A DNA stretch of 63,192 nt, counting the filler, from Reticulomyxa filosa (Eukaryota; Protista; Foraminifera): NCBI GenBank assembly GCA_000512085.1. It is 22 parts of 22 records of this genome, joined end to end, with 100 filler letters (N's around TTAATTAATTAA, not from the genome) between each part and the next. Parts side by side here need not be neighbours in the genome. Positions count along the whole stretch, not along the records: positions 1 to 2,789 come from ASPP01005092.1; positions 2,890 to 6,175 come from ASPP01001905.1; positions 6,276 to 10,732 come from ASPP01021348.1; positions 10,833 to 15,015 come from ASPP01007163.1; 18 more parts are not named here. One strand, given 5' to 3'. A program made the translations under genes and the position numbers. Numbering within the stretch: position 1 is the stretch's first letter; every line of letters begins with the position of its first letter. The notes below the pieces were generated by a model that saw only the letters and a list, made by a program, of their open reading frames with translations, had not been told where the DNA came from and ran no database searches. This document shows positions 1 to 12,770 of the stretch, one piece after another.

Positions 1-19
1 GTGTTGAACTACTTCCATA

Positions 20-2250
20 TTCTTCATTCTTGCTTTGCTTATTAACAATGTTCTTGTCCCATATTCTAACACCGGTAATATTATGCTATTATAATATTTT
101 AATTGTGCCATCATTTCTAGTTCACCTCCTATCACACCCGATAATATACTTTTTATCAGTACATCTCGAGCTTTGTTGATTCTGCACAATATGTGATCAT
201 TCCATGTTAATGTTCCGTACATTGAACTTTATGTCAAGGTATGTAAATTTATTTGCTATGTTTTTTTTTTATATTCATTTCATTTTTTTTTTATTTCTAT
301 AGTTTTTAATGTAATGCATTTGTTATCATCATGCTTTTATCTGTGTTTATTGCCAATTTCCATTGTTTTGCAGTACTCTTTTATTACTGTCAATATTTCA
401 TTGTTAGATCGCCATTTCTTCGATATCGTGATTATGTCATCCGCATAAAACAAACAAGCAGGAGCACTTTCACCGTATGCTTTTATCTCTGTGCGTGTAT
501 TATTAATATCCTTTATCATATCATTTATATATAGATTAAAGAGAGGTCCACTCATGGAATATTCTTGACTCGTCCCCGAACGCATAATGAATGGTCTACT
601 TGCATAGTATCCAGCAGTTACGTATAATTGACTTCTTGTTAATATTGTTGTTATTAATTTAAATATTTTTCCTCTTATTCCAGTATTATATATTTTGTAT
701 AACAGCCCTGCATGCCATACGCTATCAAACGCTTCTTATATCAATCAATGTGAGTATACATTGTTTTCTTTCAATATATTTTATGTAATGTATCATACAT
801 CTTAGAATTATTATATTGTCATCTGTTCCCCTTGCCTTTCATAAATCCCCCTTGTTCTTCATATATCTCTGTTTGCAGTATAGGCCAAATCCTATTAAGT
901 ATCAACTTATCAATTACTGATAATAATGCTGATTTAATCCTTATCCCACGTACCTCGTCCTTTTTACATATTCTATCTTTTTTTGGAAGGCTTACCATTC
1001 TCGAAAATAACATTTTATTTGCTAATGTTCCTTCTTTACACAAATAAATTAAATAGATTTGTCGTTGTTGTTGGTGATATTTCCATCAATGATTTAATCC
1101 ATTCATTTGACATTTGATCCAAAAAGACTGCTTTATTATTTGGCATTTCTCCAATTACTTTTTGCAATTCCTCCAATTCAAATCCTTTGTCCATATTTAC
1201 ATTCCAGTTAACATTATTTATTATATAGCTCTTCACTTTATCTTCAATCTCATTTGTCCATCTATCATTATTCTCATCCTCTTTGAACAATTGCTTATAG
1301 TGTCCTGTCAATAATTTGTATTTGTCACTATCACATTCCACAATCTTTCCATTATCATCTTGTAATGTTATCTCTGCAGTCGGAAGTAAGTTTCGTACTT
1401 GTTCAAAATATTTTCTATCATCCTTTTGTGCATAACTACTTCTTAGTTTGTTTATTATTTTTTGAACATCTTTCTTCATTATTTCCTTTAATCTTTTTTT
1501 CATATTCCTCCATATATTTATTTAATAGATTTATATGTCCATTATGCTCCATACATATATTTATTAAGGAAATGATCGATCTTATTTTATCATCTAATTG
1601 CTTTCCATTGTCCATTATGTTATTCCTGTTTTGCAATTTGAAGGCTCCAATTCTTCCAAATACATCATACATATTCCATAGTATCAAATTGTATATATTA
1701 TTGCAATCACTTTGTTTATTTGTGTATATTGGTATTAGCTTCTCTAATCTATCTTCTAATATCATTACCGACTTATCAAGTTTTTGTTTATCTTTTGTTA
1801 TCTTTACTATTGGTATTTCTTTCTCTATTTCCTTGTCTCTTTCTATATTTATATTTCTACTATCTTCTAACATATTCTCTTTTACTATATCAAACCATAT
1901 TCTAATAGGAAAGTGGTCTGATCCAGTAAATGTTGATATTATCTCCATTTTTGGATTCATTTTGTTCCATCTTGGATTCTTGTTTATTATTATGTAATCA
2001 AGTATCGAGCTTGTATCTTTATTTGTGCTGTGTGTATGATATGTACGCTTTCCATATGCATCATCTATATTTAATATTCTCATATTATATGTTTATATTA
2101 ATTGCCATAATACTTCTCCATTATAATTTGTTATATTATCCCCAACTTTCTCCATTCTTGGGTTCAAATCTCCTAACACTATTATTAGATAATCTAACAT
2201 ATTGTATAGGCCAATTAGTTTTCCCATATCATGGAATGTTCTATCTATAA
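20..2250 (-). mobile_element. Decayed non-LTR retrotransposon (LINE) ORF2: AP-endonuclease plus reverse transcriptase, frameshifted
   Basis: APE motifs LDYIII and GSDHFPI (1436-2083). RT motifs in successive frames: EEQGGFMKGK, FDSVWH (~715-730), GTSQ..MSGPLFNLYIND, LFYADD, TYLDIKF. Multiple frameshifts and stops. Confidence 0.9.
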
Positions 2251-2322
2251 TATCAATATTAACTTTATCTTTTGGTTCTTTTTATTTACAACTAACAACG
2301 AATGAACTCTGTCGACACATCG

Positions 2323-2789
2323 TCAATTTTGATGCTGTTTCTCAGTCATCTGGGCATCTTCGCTAGCATTTATCTGTGATTGATTGGATTGTTCTATACT
2401 ATTGATATTACTCTTTGGTATGTTTACATTTTTATCACTATCATTATTGCTACCATTACCCACATTATTTCCCATTACATTTGTTGTGTTATAGTTACTG
2501 CTCTGGTTGTACCTTCTAACTGGATTTTCGTTTCTCCAATCATACCATCCCCTTTGTTGCCATCCAGATAAATGCCAATTATTTTGTCTCAACTTATTTT
2601 GTTGCCACTTGCTTTGTTGCCAATTATTTTGTTGCCATGAATTTGGTCGCCCTATGTTTTCTCTCCAATCATTTTGTCTCCAATTATTCTGTCTCCAAAT
2701 ATTTTGTCTGTATCGTTCACCCCCATGCCATCCATTTTGTATTGAATTTCGCCGTTGGAATTGAAATTGTTCGAACATTGGTATTGATT
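2323..2789 (-). CDS. Q/N/W-rich ORF with W-R/Q-Q-N-N pentapeptide repeats; probable C-terminus of the LINE ORF1 (5' truncated)
   Basis: WRQNN/WQQNN/WQQSK repeats; same strand and immediately upstream of the APE-RT remnant. Confidence 0.5.
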
Positions 2790-2889
2790 NNNNNNNNNNN
2801 NNNNNNNNNNNNNNNNNNNNNNNNNNNNNNNNNTTAATTAATTAANNNNNNNNNNNNNNNNNNNNNNNNNNNNNNNNNNNNNNNNNNNN
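2790..2889. other. Artificial contig-joining spacer N44-TTAATTAATTAA-N44 (first of 21; others start near 6176, 10733, 15016, 16621, 20836, 23198, 24353, 31215, 34474, 35870, 41566, 44333, 45552, 47251, 48437, 51856, 54797, 58536, 60793, 62011)
   Basis: Identical 100-nt block recurs; the core has stops in all six frames; unrelated sequence on either side. Confidence 0.98.
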
Positions 2890-4320
2890 AAAAAAAAAAA
2901 ACGAAACAAAGGCAATTTTGTCTGAATCGACCGTACTCTTTTGCAATGTCTGCGGTGGCTTCCACGTTTTTCGAAACCAAAAGTCGTAAGCGTACCAACC
3001 AACAATGCTGAGGAGGATGTATGACAGAAGCGATATAACCACCTCCAAGCTTATCAACGTGGTCACTTCTTTGTTATTGTAACAGTGCGTCGCCGATTGG
3101 TGTGTGTCTTGGTGCGTATTTACACCTGTTTTTTTTTTTTAATGTCAGAACATTTTTTTTTTCAATGCAATAGTTTTCATTTATATATATATATGTATAT
3201 ATATTACGCGTATGGATCAAAAAAAAAAAAAAAAGTTCTAAAGGGGGACCACTCACATTTATATTATATACATATATGTGCATATGTACATATATATATA
3301 TATATATATGTAATTTTTTTAATTGCGAAAAAATCCTTAACAGAATGCACCAATCTCAATTCGATAATTGAGTAGTGAGGGATCAGGTATGGCACAACTT
3401 ATATAAACAGAATCCAAATCGCTTTTGAAATTGTACGTACAGTTGGATTGTCCATTGCAAATACCACCTATGTTTCTCAGCAGCTTCTTCGAACATACAT
3501 CCATTTTCGTTTGAAATGTCTTCCCCCCTTCCACTGCCAAATTCGCCCATTGCAATGACAACTGCTTTCCTTTTTCGCAACTTATACGCATCTTATAATT
3601 TGTTCGAGTCTCTTCCATTGCTATTAGGTTGCTGTCATTTCTCACTACCAGGGGAAACATTTCATTTACTATATTTTAATATCATTCCCCCCCTCCCTCT
3701 CTTTTTCATGTACACGTTTCAAACTTTTTTTTCTTTCCCTTTGGGCATATATATATATACATATATAATATGTATATACTTATGTACATATATGTTCTAT
3801 TGTTCGGTGAATATAATCACATACATGGAGAACACAAACGAGAGGTCGCTTTTTTGACCCACTTCGAACATTTCGATTTGCACGTGTCACATGGCAACAC
3901 TTTCCTTGGGTCAATACATCTACGCGCATATGTCTCGTTATTAAATGAAAAATAATGTAAGTCGAACATGCATGGCAAACAGTTGGCACAGAACGCTTGA
4001 CTATGCAAACAATCAGTGAATTCAACATAGTCTTGCAGATCACATGACATTACAATGGGTGGATTGTGATGTTATTGGCTTCGTATCTTTCACTTTCTCA
4101 ACTTTACGATAATAACAATTATCTTTTTTTGTTTATCTTTGTAGTGAACTTCGGCTGTGTTATGTTGGGAAAAAATTTTGTTGAAATTTTTACTTTTTTT
4201 AGTATTATTGTAACTTCAAGTGAAAATTGAAAGAAAAAGATTTTAGAGAACAAGCTGTGGTTATCAAAAAAGAGTAGCAATTATTTTCAATGAAAAAAGA
4301 TGTTTATAGAACAAAGCCAT
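2890..4320 (-). CDS. Multi-exon Cys-rich single-pass membrane protein with a SUEL/galactose-lectin-like segment (3' partial)
   Basis: Signal-like start MALFYKHLFSLKIIATLF at 4320 (T-run frameshift); Cys-rich exon 3817-4050; exon 3337-3660 ISCEKGKQLSLQWAN...VC...ICNGQSNCTY; hydrophobic TM LISLEVVISLLSYILLSIVGWYAY near 2990-3060. Confidence 0.5.
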
Positions 4321-4329
4321 GTTTTACCG

Positions 4330-5014
4330 ATAGGAGGACAAATAAAGACAAACGCTTGATTTTGTAGTCGCTTGTTTAATACATATGTATTTGTATAAAT
4401 GGAAAAATGCATGTTCCAATGAAAATGGAGTGGCAAATTTGTACTACTTTATTAGAAAGGATGTAACAATGGTGGTTATGACTAACAGTTAGTATGTTCG
4501 TTTTGAAAAACAAAAGAAGGTTCTATGGGTCAATTATCACATTATTTCGACAGCGATGCTGAAGATATCTGGTAATGTATATAGAATTTTTGAACAATGG
4601 TTTTATCATCCAAATATGAAACAGCTTTATCATGTGCAAAAAAACAGTCTAATAAGGAAATTATATCAACATTCCAAAACATATATATTTATCAAAATTA
4701 AATGGCGACAATCAATGCACAATACAGGAGAAATAAATGGACTTGTTCAAATATATTTTCTCTATTGATATCCCAAAAATAAATAGTATTGTCTGATGCA
4801 GGCAAAGGCTTACTTTCTTATTGTTACAATAATGATATGGTGAAAATTTTGCATAATCCATATGGACTGAATCTTTGGATAGCATTTGTATTTGTTCAGC
4901 TTTCTCTATATTATATATTCTATATTCGAATTGTTTCGTCGTTTGATGAGGAACAAAGTAATTGAGAATAATCAAATAATCGATAATATTGAATACAATG
5001 GCCATTATGTCCAA
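4330..5014 (-). pseudogene. Degenerate WD40-repeat gene fragment
   Basis: Residual WD40-like text (IYNIEKAEQIQML, DYAKFSPYH, TILF.WDINR) broken by frameshifts. Confidence 0.45.
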
Positions 5015-5410
5015 TTAAAGTATTTGTCAATTGACATGAATTATAAAACAAATAAAATCATAGTTTTTATTTGAATCATTTTCAAATTTTTTTTTTGTCT
5101 TCCAAAATATTAATGAATTCTTCGTTACTTGATTCTTTTTTTTCTTCTTCCAATAAGTTGACACAAAAAATGACTTATAGAAATGATCGATTTCTCAATG
5201 AAAAAATAATTTTTTTTAAAATCACGCAGTTTTTAAATATTGTTGATTTTATTCAGGCTGAAGTTTTCAAGGTGTACTTTTTGAAAAATCAAAAACAAGA
5301 AAACTGTTTCTTCAATATTTCTAGAGATAATAATATTACCGATCAATTTTTTTTAGATTAACTGAAAAAAGGGTGTTAACAATAAAATTTAAAGATAAAG
5401 ACATACCAAT

Positions 5411-6175
5411 ATGAACGACTTGAATGATATAAAAACTGAATCAGGAAAATATACATGTTTATTTAGCTCGTTTGGATGTAATTTTAGTGGAAATGAAGGT
5501 GAGCTAAATGAGCACCTTAAACAAAAGTTGAAACGACATTTGGATGTAGTACTTGAAAATATGAACATATTGAAGAATAAGAACCATGTGTTACAAGTTA
5601 AGTTATTTATATGTTTATATTTAGTCAAAAATAATAAAATTTGTAAATATAGGAAGAACTAAATGCTATTAAATTAAATATCAGCATGTTCAAAAATAAA
5701 ATTAAGGAACAACAAAAAAATTTGAAAAAAGACATCGAAGAGCTGAAACTAAATATGAATATTATATCTGAGTTGGAGGAAATAATAAAAAAAAAAGATG
5801 TAATAATAGGAGAACTCAAGTTCCAACTTCAAGAACAAATAACCAATAAAGCATTTACAGAAATAAATGATGAAATAATCACAAAAATCAAAGACGAAGT
5901 GATAGCAGTGATAAAACAATTCGTTTTTGGGATATCAAAGATGATAAAGAATTTCAAGTATTAGATTGAAGCAAATGTGGTATTAATTGCATTCAACTTT
6001 CATCATTTAATGGAGGTAGATATTTGTGTTCTGGATCACATGACAAAATAATTTATTTATGGGATATGGAAATGTCTAAACTATTGAATAGCTTCAATAA
6101 ACACACAAATAGTGTTCGGAGTGTGGAATTTTCACCATTACAAAGCAATAGCAATAATAATGTTAATAGTATTGG
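5411..6175 (+). CDS. TRAF-type zinc finger, coiled coil and WD40 protein (partial, possibly pseudogene)
   Basis: CLFSSFGCNF..L.EHL zinc-finger motif, intron ~5598-5652, coiled coil, then CSGSHDKIIYLWD...HTNSVRSVEFSP. Confidence 0.65.
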
Positions 6176-6295
6176 NNNNNNNNNNNNNNNNNNNNNNNNN
6201 NNNNNNNNNNNNNNNNNNNTTAATTAATTAANNNNNNNNNNNNNNNNNNNNNNNNNNNNNNNNNNNNNNNNNNNNAAAAAAAAAAATATTCAATT

Positions 6296-9200
6296 TCAAG
6301 AAATAGGAGATAATAAAGGAATCACTTGAGAATAAAACACATGGGTATTAAAATAAAATCTAACCCATTCCTGATCTAATTTTGTAACACTTTGAATAAG
6401 CGTTGGAAATTTTGATTTGTAAAATCTATAAAATTGAATTCGTTCAGTTGAATTGAGATACAATTGAAAATAAGTTTGATTGGTTGATTCATCACGACGA
6501 TAAAATGCTCCACTTTGAATTGTATGAATGTTTGCTTTTGCGACAAGAGCTTGTTCCACTGCTATTCCATAAAACACTTCATTGTATTCAACTTTCAATT
6601 GTTTTGAAAGTATTTTCATCAATTCTGAATGACTGAGGATTTTCAACTGGTGATAATAAATTCTCATTTAATTTATTTCCACCTGTTATTTTGTTCGCAC
6701 GATCACTCGTTATACTTTCATTGTTATTCTTTTCTTCATTAATAACAGTATTGTAATCAGTTTTATTGAATACAAAACTTTTGCTTTCTTGATTACGAAG
6801 CCATTGATAAACAACATTACCCAAACGAATTCGATATCCAACATTGTGACTTCTCATATAACAATTTTTTGCATCTGCTTGAATCGGACGATATGGCCAA
6901 CCTTTCTCTATTGATGATGCGTCTCCTTCATGAGGAGGACTATTATCGCTGCAATACAAGTGTTTCATACTTTCATCGCTATCACTATCTTTCAATATTG
7001 TTGCATTTTTAATGTATTCCTTCAACCATTCTTTGTTTTTATCAATATTTGAGCCATTTGATTTGAAATGAGCAACCAAATAAGGTTGAATCAATTTATC
7101 ATTTCTTGGGTGAGGTGTATTGGATGGAACTGTGTCCATCCATCGATTATCCACTCTCACCAAAATAGAATCTGATGTTTTACACAAACTCAAATAAATA
7201 CAATGACCTTCATGACCAACCACCAAACTCATTTCACAACATGGATTTAATGGTATGGATTTCAAATTCATCAATCGATTTACCACATTGCAACTCCAAT
7301 CATTCATCAAATCTGAACATTTGTGTTTGAATTCTTCAACTGTGATATAATCCCAATATGTTGTTAATTGAACTTGTAATTCTTTTACACTTTTTTCATA
7401 CACTTGTTTAAATGTTGTACCGCTTGGTAAGTGCGTCCGACCTACTTCTTCCTGTCTTAATTCGATACATATTTCAAATAACAAAAATATTCGAAATGTC
7501 AAAAATGAGAATGGATCCCATCCTTCATCAAATTTTTTTTTGCTTGAATTTTCTGCTTTGATGGATATGATATTTAGACCAGCAGCCCAATATAATAAAT
7601 GATTTTTTATTAACATATCTTTTAATTGTGCTTGACTCACTCCCAACAAGAATGTTGCACCTTCTTCCAATAATATTTCATAACTCTTTTCATCAATTGA
7701 TTTTGATTACACCATTTTGATCAATCGACTTATCTTTGACATAATCAATTGCATATTTAATTCTTTTCATTGGATACATTGTTCGTTGTTTTAATATCAA
7801 TTTACACATATCCATTGCATCTAAATATTCCTTGGCACTTTTGTCATTTTTATGTTTCATAATTAATTCCATGGTTTTTTCAAAAGGAGTTAGAAAGACA
7901 GTGGCATTAATAGCATTGGCAGCGCCTTCTCTGATATCAATGTATGCACCTTGTTCAATGCAATAGCGAGCAATATCCCAATGTTGATTGTTGATTGCCA
8001 AATGCAATGGAGTTTGTCGGTGTTCATTATATGAATCATTTATATCAATGCCAGGATGATTTTGCAATGCCAATTTGAATTGTGACAAGTTACCTGATCT
8101 TGCTGCTTCATGAACAATAGTGTAACATCCTTTGCATATATTGCCATCATTACAAACTTCTTCAATTTGATTATCCAAATAAGGGTATGGAATATCATTG
8201 TAATTGTTATCATCAATCCATTTTGATTGATGAGTTGGGAAAACCCCATTCAATGGTTTGTTCATTACAATATCTGCTTAATTCATTCAAAGTGTCAGAA
8301 CAGATATTACAATCATTGCAACTCAATTGAATACGAGGATTGAATGTCATCAAACCGACAGCTAGTAATTTCATTTCTTTTCTCAAATCTCTTTTATTAC
8401 CAAACAATCTTTCCCAAATATTTTCTTCTTTAGTCACTTCTACGTGCGCCTGCATATCCTTTTTTAATCTTTTAATTGTCACACGTTTCCACATATCTTC
8501 GGATATTTTTAACAATGCATGTTGCACATGCAGTGTATGTCTCTCTTTCACCCGTTCCAATAAATATATCACTAATAAATACAATTGATTGTCATTTAAT
8601 CTCTTTTCTATCATTTGAAGTAATATCGCAAACAATATATTCTTACCTAGGTTGATTGTTTTCATCAAACGTTTGGAAACTATCATCAAAGCATTGAAAA
8701 ACCTGTTCGATTGCTCTTCATTTGATTTCGTTGAAATTCCTTCAAATGCTTCACCATATGATCTAAAATAATCTAGACTTTGTTCATCTTTCAAAGCATT
8801 GACAACCCCTTTCAGTTGTGTATCATCTAATTCTGTTGAAATTGCTCCAAGTGATTTTGCACATAACACACGAATAAAAACATCTTCATCGTTTAAACCA
8901 GTTATCAAAGCACTGAAAACCTCCTGTGACTGCTTTACATTCACTTTTGTTGCAATTATTCCAAGTGACCCTGCACATGATTTACGAACATTTTTATTTT
9001 GATCTTTTAGTCCATGAATAAAAGCATTGAAAATTCTCTTCAATTGTTTATTATTCAATTTTGTTGAAATTGTTTCAAGTGATTTTTCACATAAAACACG
9101 AATATACATATCTTTATATTTTAATCCATTCAAACATTCCAAAGCATCATTCCATTGTTGTTTGTTTAATTTCATTGAAATATGTCCAATCGACCGTGCA

Positions 9201-10732
9201 TACAAATAGTGATTACATTTATATTTTGAATCCATTGATCAAACGCGTGAAAAGATCATTGACTTGTGTTTCATTCAATTGCATTACAATTTCTTTAAGT
9301 AAACCACTAGATATGTCACAATGATATCCATTTATATTTTTAAATCCGTCCATCAAACATTGAAAAGTAATACCCAATTGTTCTTCATCCCATTTCTTTG
9401 AAAATATCATAAATAAATTTATACATGACACTCGAACAAAATAATTACTATCTTTTAATCCATGTATCAAACAGTGAAAGGCATCACTGAAATAGTTTCC
9501 ATCCAATTTCACTGCAATTGTTCCAAGTAATTCTACACATTCCTTACGCACATCTACATTATCATTTCCATCATTGAATATATCCATTGAAAAATTAAAA
9601 ACTTTATCCAATTGTTTTTCATTGCATTTATTTAAAATTTCTTTAAGTAATTGTACGCACTTGATACGAGTATTTTGCTGTTCCTTTTTATCATTTAACC
9701 TATCCATAAAACAATCCAATGCAATGTTGATTTGTTTTTCGTTCAATCTCTGCACAATTTCTTCAAATAAATTAGGGAAGAGAGAAATATAAATCGTGAT
9801 AGATACGCCATTTGATCTAATGATTAAACAATCAAAAGTATTATCAAATTGTTTTTCAGAGAATGTCATTGTAATTGCCTTACGTACATCTTCAGGCGCC
9901 CAATTATATTTATCTATATCATTGAATATACCTATTAAAAAACTGAAAACATTATTTAATTGTTTTTCTTTAAATTCCATTATAAATTGGGTTGCATCTA
10001 TATCATTTAGGATATCTTTTTTGTTGCGAAAATATGAAGGAAATCTATGGATCAAACATTGAAATGCATCATCCAACTTTTTTCCTTCCAATTGTAATGA
10101 AATCATTGCAAGTGCGTGTGCACATTTATTACAAATTGTAATTTTTCCACTTTCAAAGGCATTCATCAAAAATTCGAACACTTTATTCAATTGTCTCTCA
10201 TCCAAGTACAATGCTATTTTTGAAAGCGAACATGCACATTCTTCATGAATATCACCAAGTCCATCCATGAAAAATTCAATAATATCATCCAATTGTTGTT
10301 CATTCAATTTCACTGCTATGTCACAAAGTAAGTCTGCGCATGCACCAGCGCATCTCTTAAAAACTTGTTTGTAACATTGAACAACAATATCTGAAGTCTC
10401 TGTTGAAATACACAAATACTGTAATAAAAGCAATGTATTAAATTTGGGCAATTTTCTTAGAATATTCCAGCTATTAAGTGCATTCAATTGAGATTGAATT
10501 ATCTTAATGTGATCAACAATACACACGTGGATATCTGGATGATGGAGGACATATTGAAAATTGGGTAAATTCAATTTCATCACTTCATTCAATGGTCTGT
10601 CAAAGACCCTTTCATCATAAAAAATAATAGGATAATTTTTGTCCTTGTCAAAACAGATCCAAGCAATAACCCATGATTTGAATGAATCAACAAGTGTTTT
10701 ATGGCAAGTTTGAAGTTGTGATGAAAGAAATG
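6296..10732 (-). CDS. Large intronless HEAT-repeat + ankyrin-repeat + putative cysteine-protease-like domain protein (5' partial; five listed ORFs joined at 1-nt homopolymer indels)
   Basis: HEAT repeats (GLKDQNKNVRKSCAGSLG, GLNDEDVFIRVLCAKSLG); ankyrin repeats (IVHEAARSGN, QTPLHLAINNQHWDIARYCIEQGA). Removing one base from A/C runs at ~9226, ~8245, ~7702 and ~6603 restores one frame. Confidence 0.8.
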
Positions 10733-10929
10733 NNNNNNNNNNNNNNNNNNNNNNNNNNNNNNNNNNNNNNNNNNNNTTAATTAATTAANNNNNNNNNNNN
10801 NNNNNNNNNNNNNNNNNNNNNNNNNNNNNNNNGGGGGGGGAGGAGAGGAGAAAAAAATATGTATACATACGTATATATAGTCATGTGAACAAACAAACAA
10901 TGTTACTTTTTTTGTGGGGATTGCTCATC

Positions 10930-12063
10930 ATTAGGGAATATTGTTCAGAGTCATTATTTTTTTTAGAGGAGGTAATGGCATGGAAGAAAATTTTATATCG
11001 AGAGATTCTCAAATACGATGTTGACGATTTGTCTGCTGTTACCAGAAAGTCTACTTTACTAAGTCAGTCTATTTATTGTTTTTGATTTTGTTTTTGTTTT
11101 TTTTTTTACTTCCCTTTCCTCCCCCTGCTGTCACACGCACGTATACATAAATGTAATGTATAGTTCGACAATTGACACAAGACCAAAATGCTGAAACAAA
11201 GGATAAAAGAAAAGAAGAAGGTGATGGAAAAGCAGATGAAGAGATAGACTGTTCTCCAACGACGTTACGAAAAAAAGAAGAGTTTATTGACGAGTTTGGT
11301 TGGTATTTGTCATTACCCCCAAAACAACCAGCGACGAATGGCGTGACGGAAATAACAAAGTTGCAATCTATTCCAACACTTCTTCATGGTGACGACGTTC
11401 CCTCTCAAATGCTTGTTTTAAACGAGTTCCGAATGCGAGGATTTCACTTGTATCATTTATATATTTGTGAAAATGGACAACATCAAATTAATATTAATGG
11501 CACTTGTCGAAATCGTATTCGGCAGTACTTTCAATTGTCCATGCCTTGCAGTTAATTCTTTTTGTTGTTGTTGTTTTCCTTTTATGAGACAACTTGAAAA
11601 TGAAAACTCAATGCCAAAATATCAAACAAGCAAATGGACAACACGGAGATACCCTTTCGGATGTGACAGCAACGCAACTCCAATGCAACCCCAATATAAA
11701 TGTACATTCCACCTTATGCAAGGATAGCGAGGCTGAGGTGTTATTGTGCGATTCCAAGTTTATTTTGTTTCTTTTTTTTTTTTTGTAAAAACAAAAATTA
11801 AAAAAAAAATCGAATGCAGCGAGAAGACGAATACGGACATTGATGCAAAGTCAATACGGAATGAATTGAGAAAACTGCTGCTGATATTTGATGTTGCTTG
11901 CCAGCAAGTGTTTTCGATGCTTAAGCGTGATGTTTTAATCCGCTTTTACCAAACACAAAACTATGCAGACTTAGTGCGTGATCACTGTCCAGAAATTAGA
12001 CAAAACGCTGACATGGTTGGACCTTTTCATAAACACATTCTCCGAAAAAGAAGTTTGCAATGA
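10930..12063 (+). CDS. RGS-domain (regulator of G-protein signalling) protein, 3' exons
   Basis: REYCSESLFFLEEVMAWK; LYHLYICENGQHQININGTCR; IFDVACQQVFSMLKRDVLIRF; interrupted by introns. Confidence 0.8.
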
Positions 12064-12770
12064 AAGTGCTGCAATTTTTTTTTCTAATTCTACCTCCAAC
12101 AATTGTATTTGAGTTCTGTCGTTATTTTTCATTTTTTAATTTTGTTCATTTTTGTGGTCTTAGTTTGTGTTTTTTTGTTTTAATCTGTTCAAATAATTGC
12201 CACTTTTAATTTCTTACCATTTTATTTTGAATCCTGGTAATATATTTATATATTTAGTTAAATACATTAAATCAATGCAAATATCTTTCTGAGACAAACA
12301 ATCTTTATGAGCTATCATGTAAATTTGTGCCACAGCAAAAAAAGTAAATTATTCCATACGGATAGTTTTTTGTGTAAAAATGATTGGCACATTTTTGAGA
12401 ATAGGCTTTTTTCAAATGTACTGTTATGCCACAAAAAAAAAAGGTCCCCAAAATGAACACTGGCTGTTGCAGTTTTGTCCACGAAAAATCGACATTTTTT
12501 TGTAATTTTAAGTAATACTTGCACATCTTGACAAATCGTTTTTTCGTGAAATAGTAGAAAAAGATGGAAAAGGTGTCGATTATTTTTTCTGTTTTGAAAA
12601 TAATGGCAAAATTAAAGATTTAGATACTTTGTTTTTCCTAAACTTCATTGTGTAAACACATTTAAAATTCAAAAATATGTTGATTCTTCATCATGAAGAG
12701 AATTACAATGCATATGTTGTCGAACAGCCAAAAATGGATCGAGGTCTGACAAGGACTTGAGATACCTAAA

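Noticed and set aside
2790-2889. Regularly recurring TTAATTAATTAA palindrome as a biological repeat or CRISPR-like array
   Set aside because: Always embedded in fixed-length N runs; an assembly concatenation linker. ORFs ending in X...LIN are artefacts.
6296-10732. Programmed +1 ribosomal frameshifting (Euplotes-like) explaining the repeated +1 junctions
   Set aside because: Junctions lack a consistent AAA-stop slippery motif, and other genes show -1 indels in homopolymers; sequencing error is simpler.
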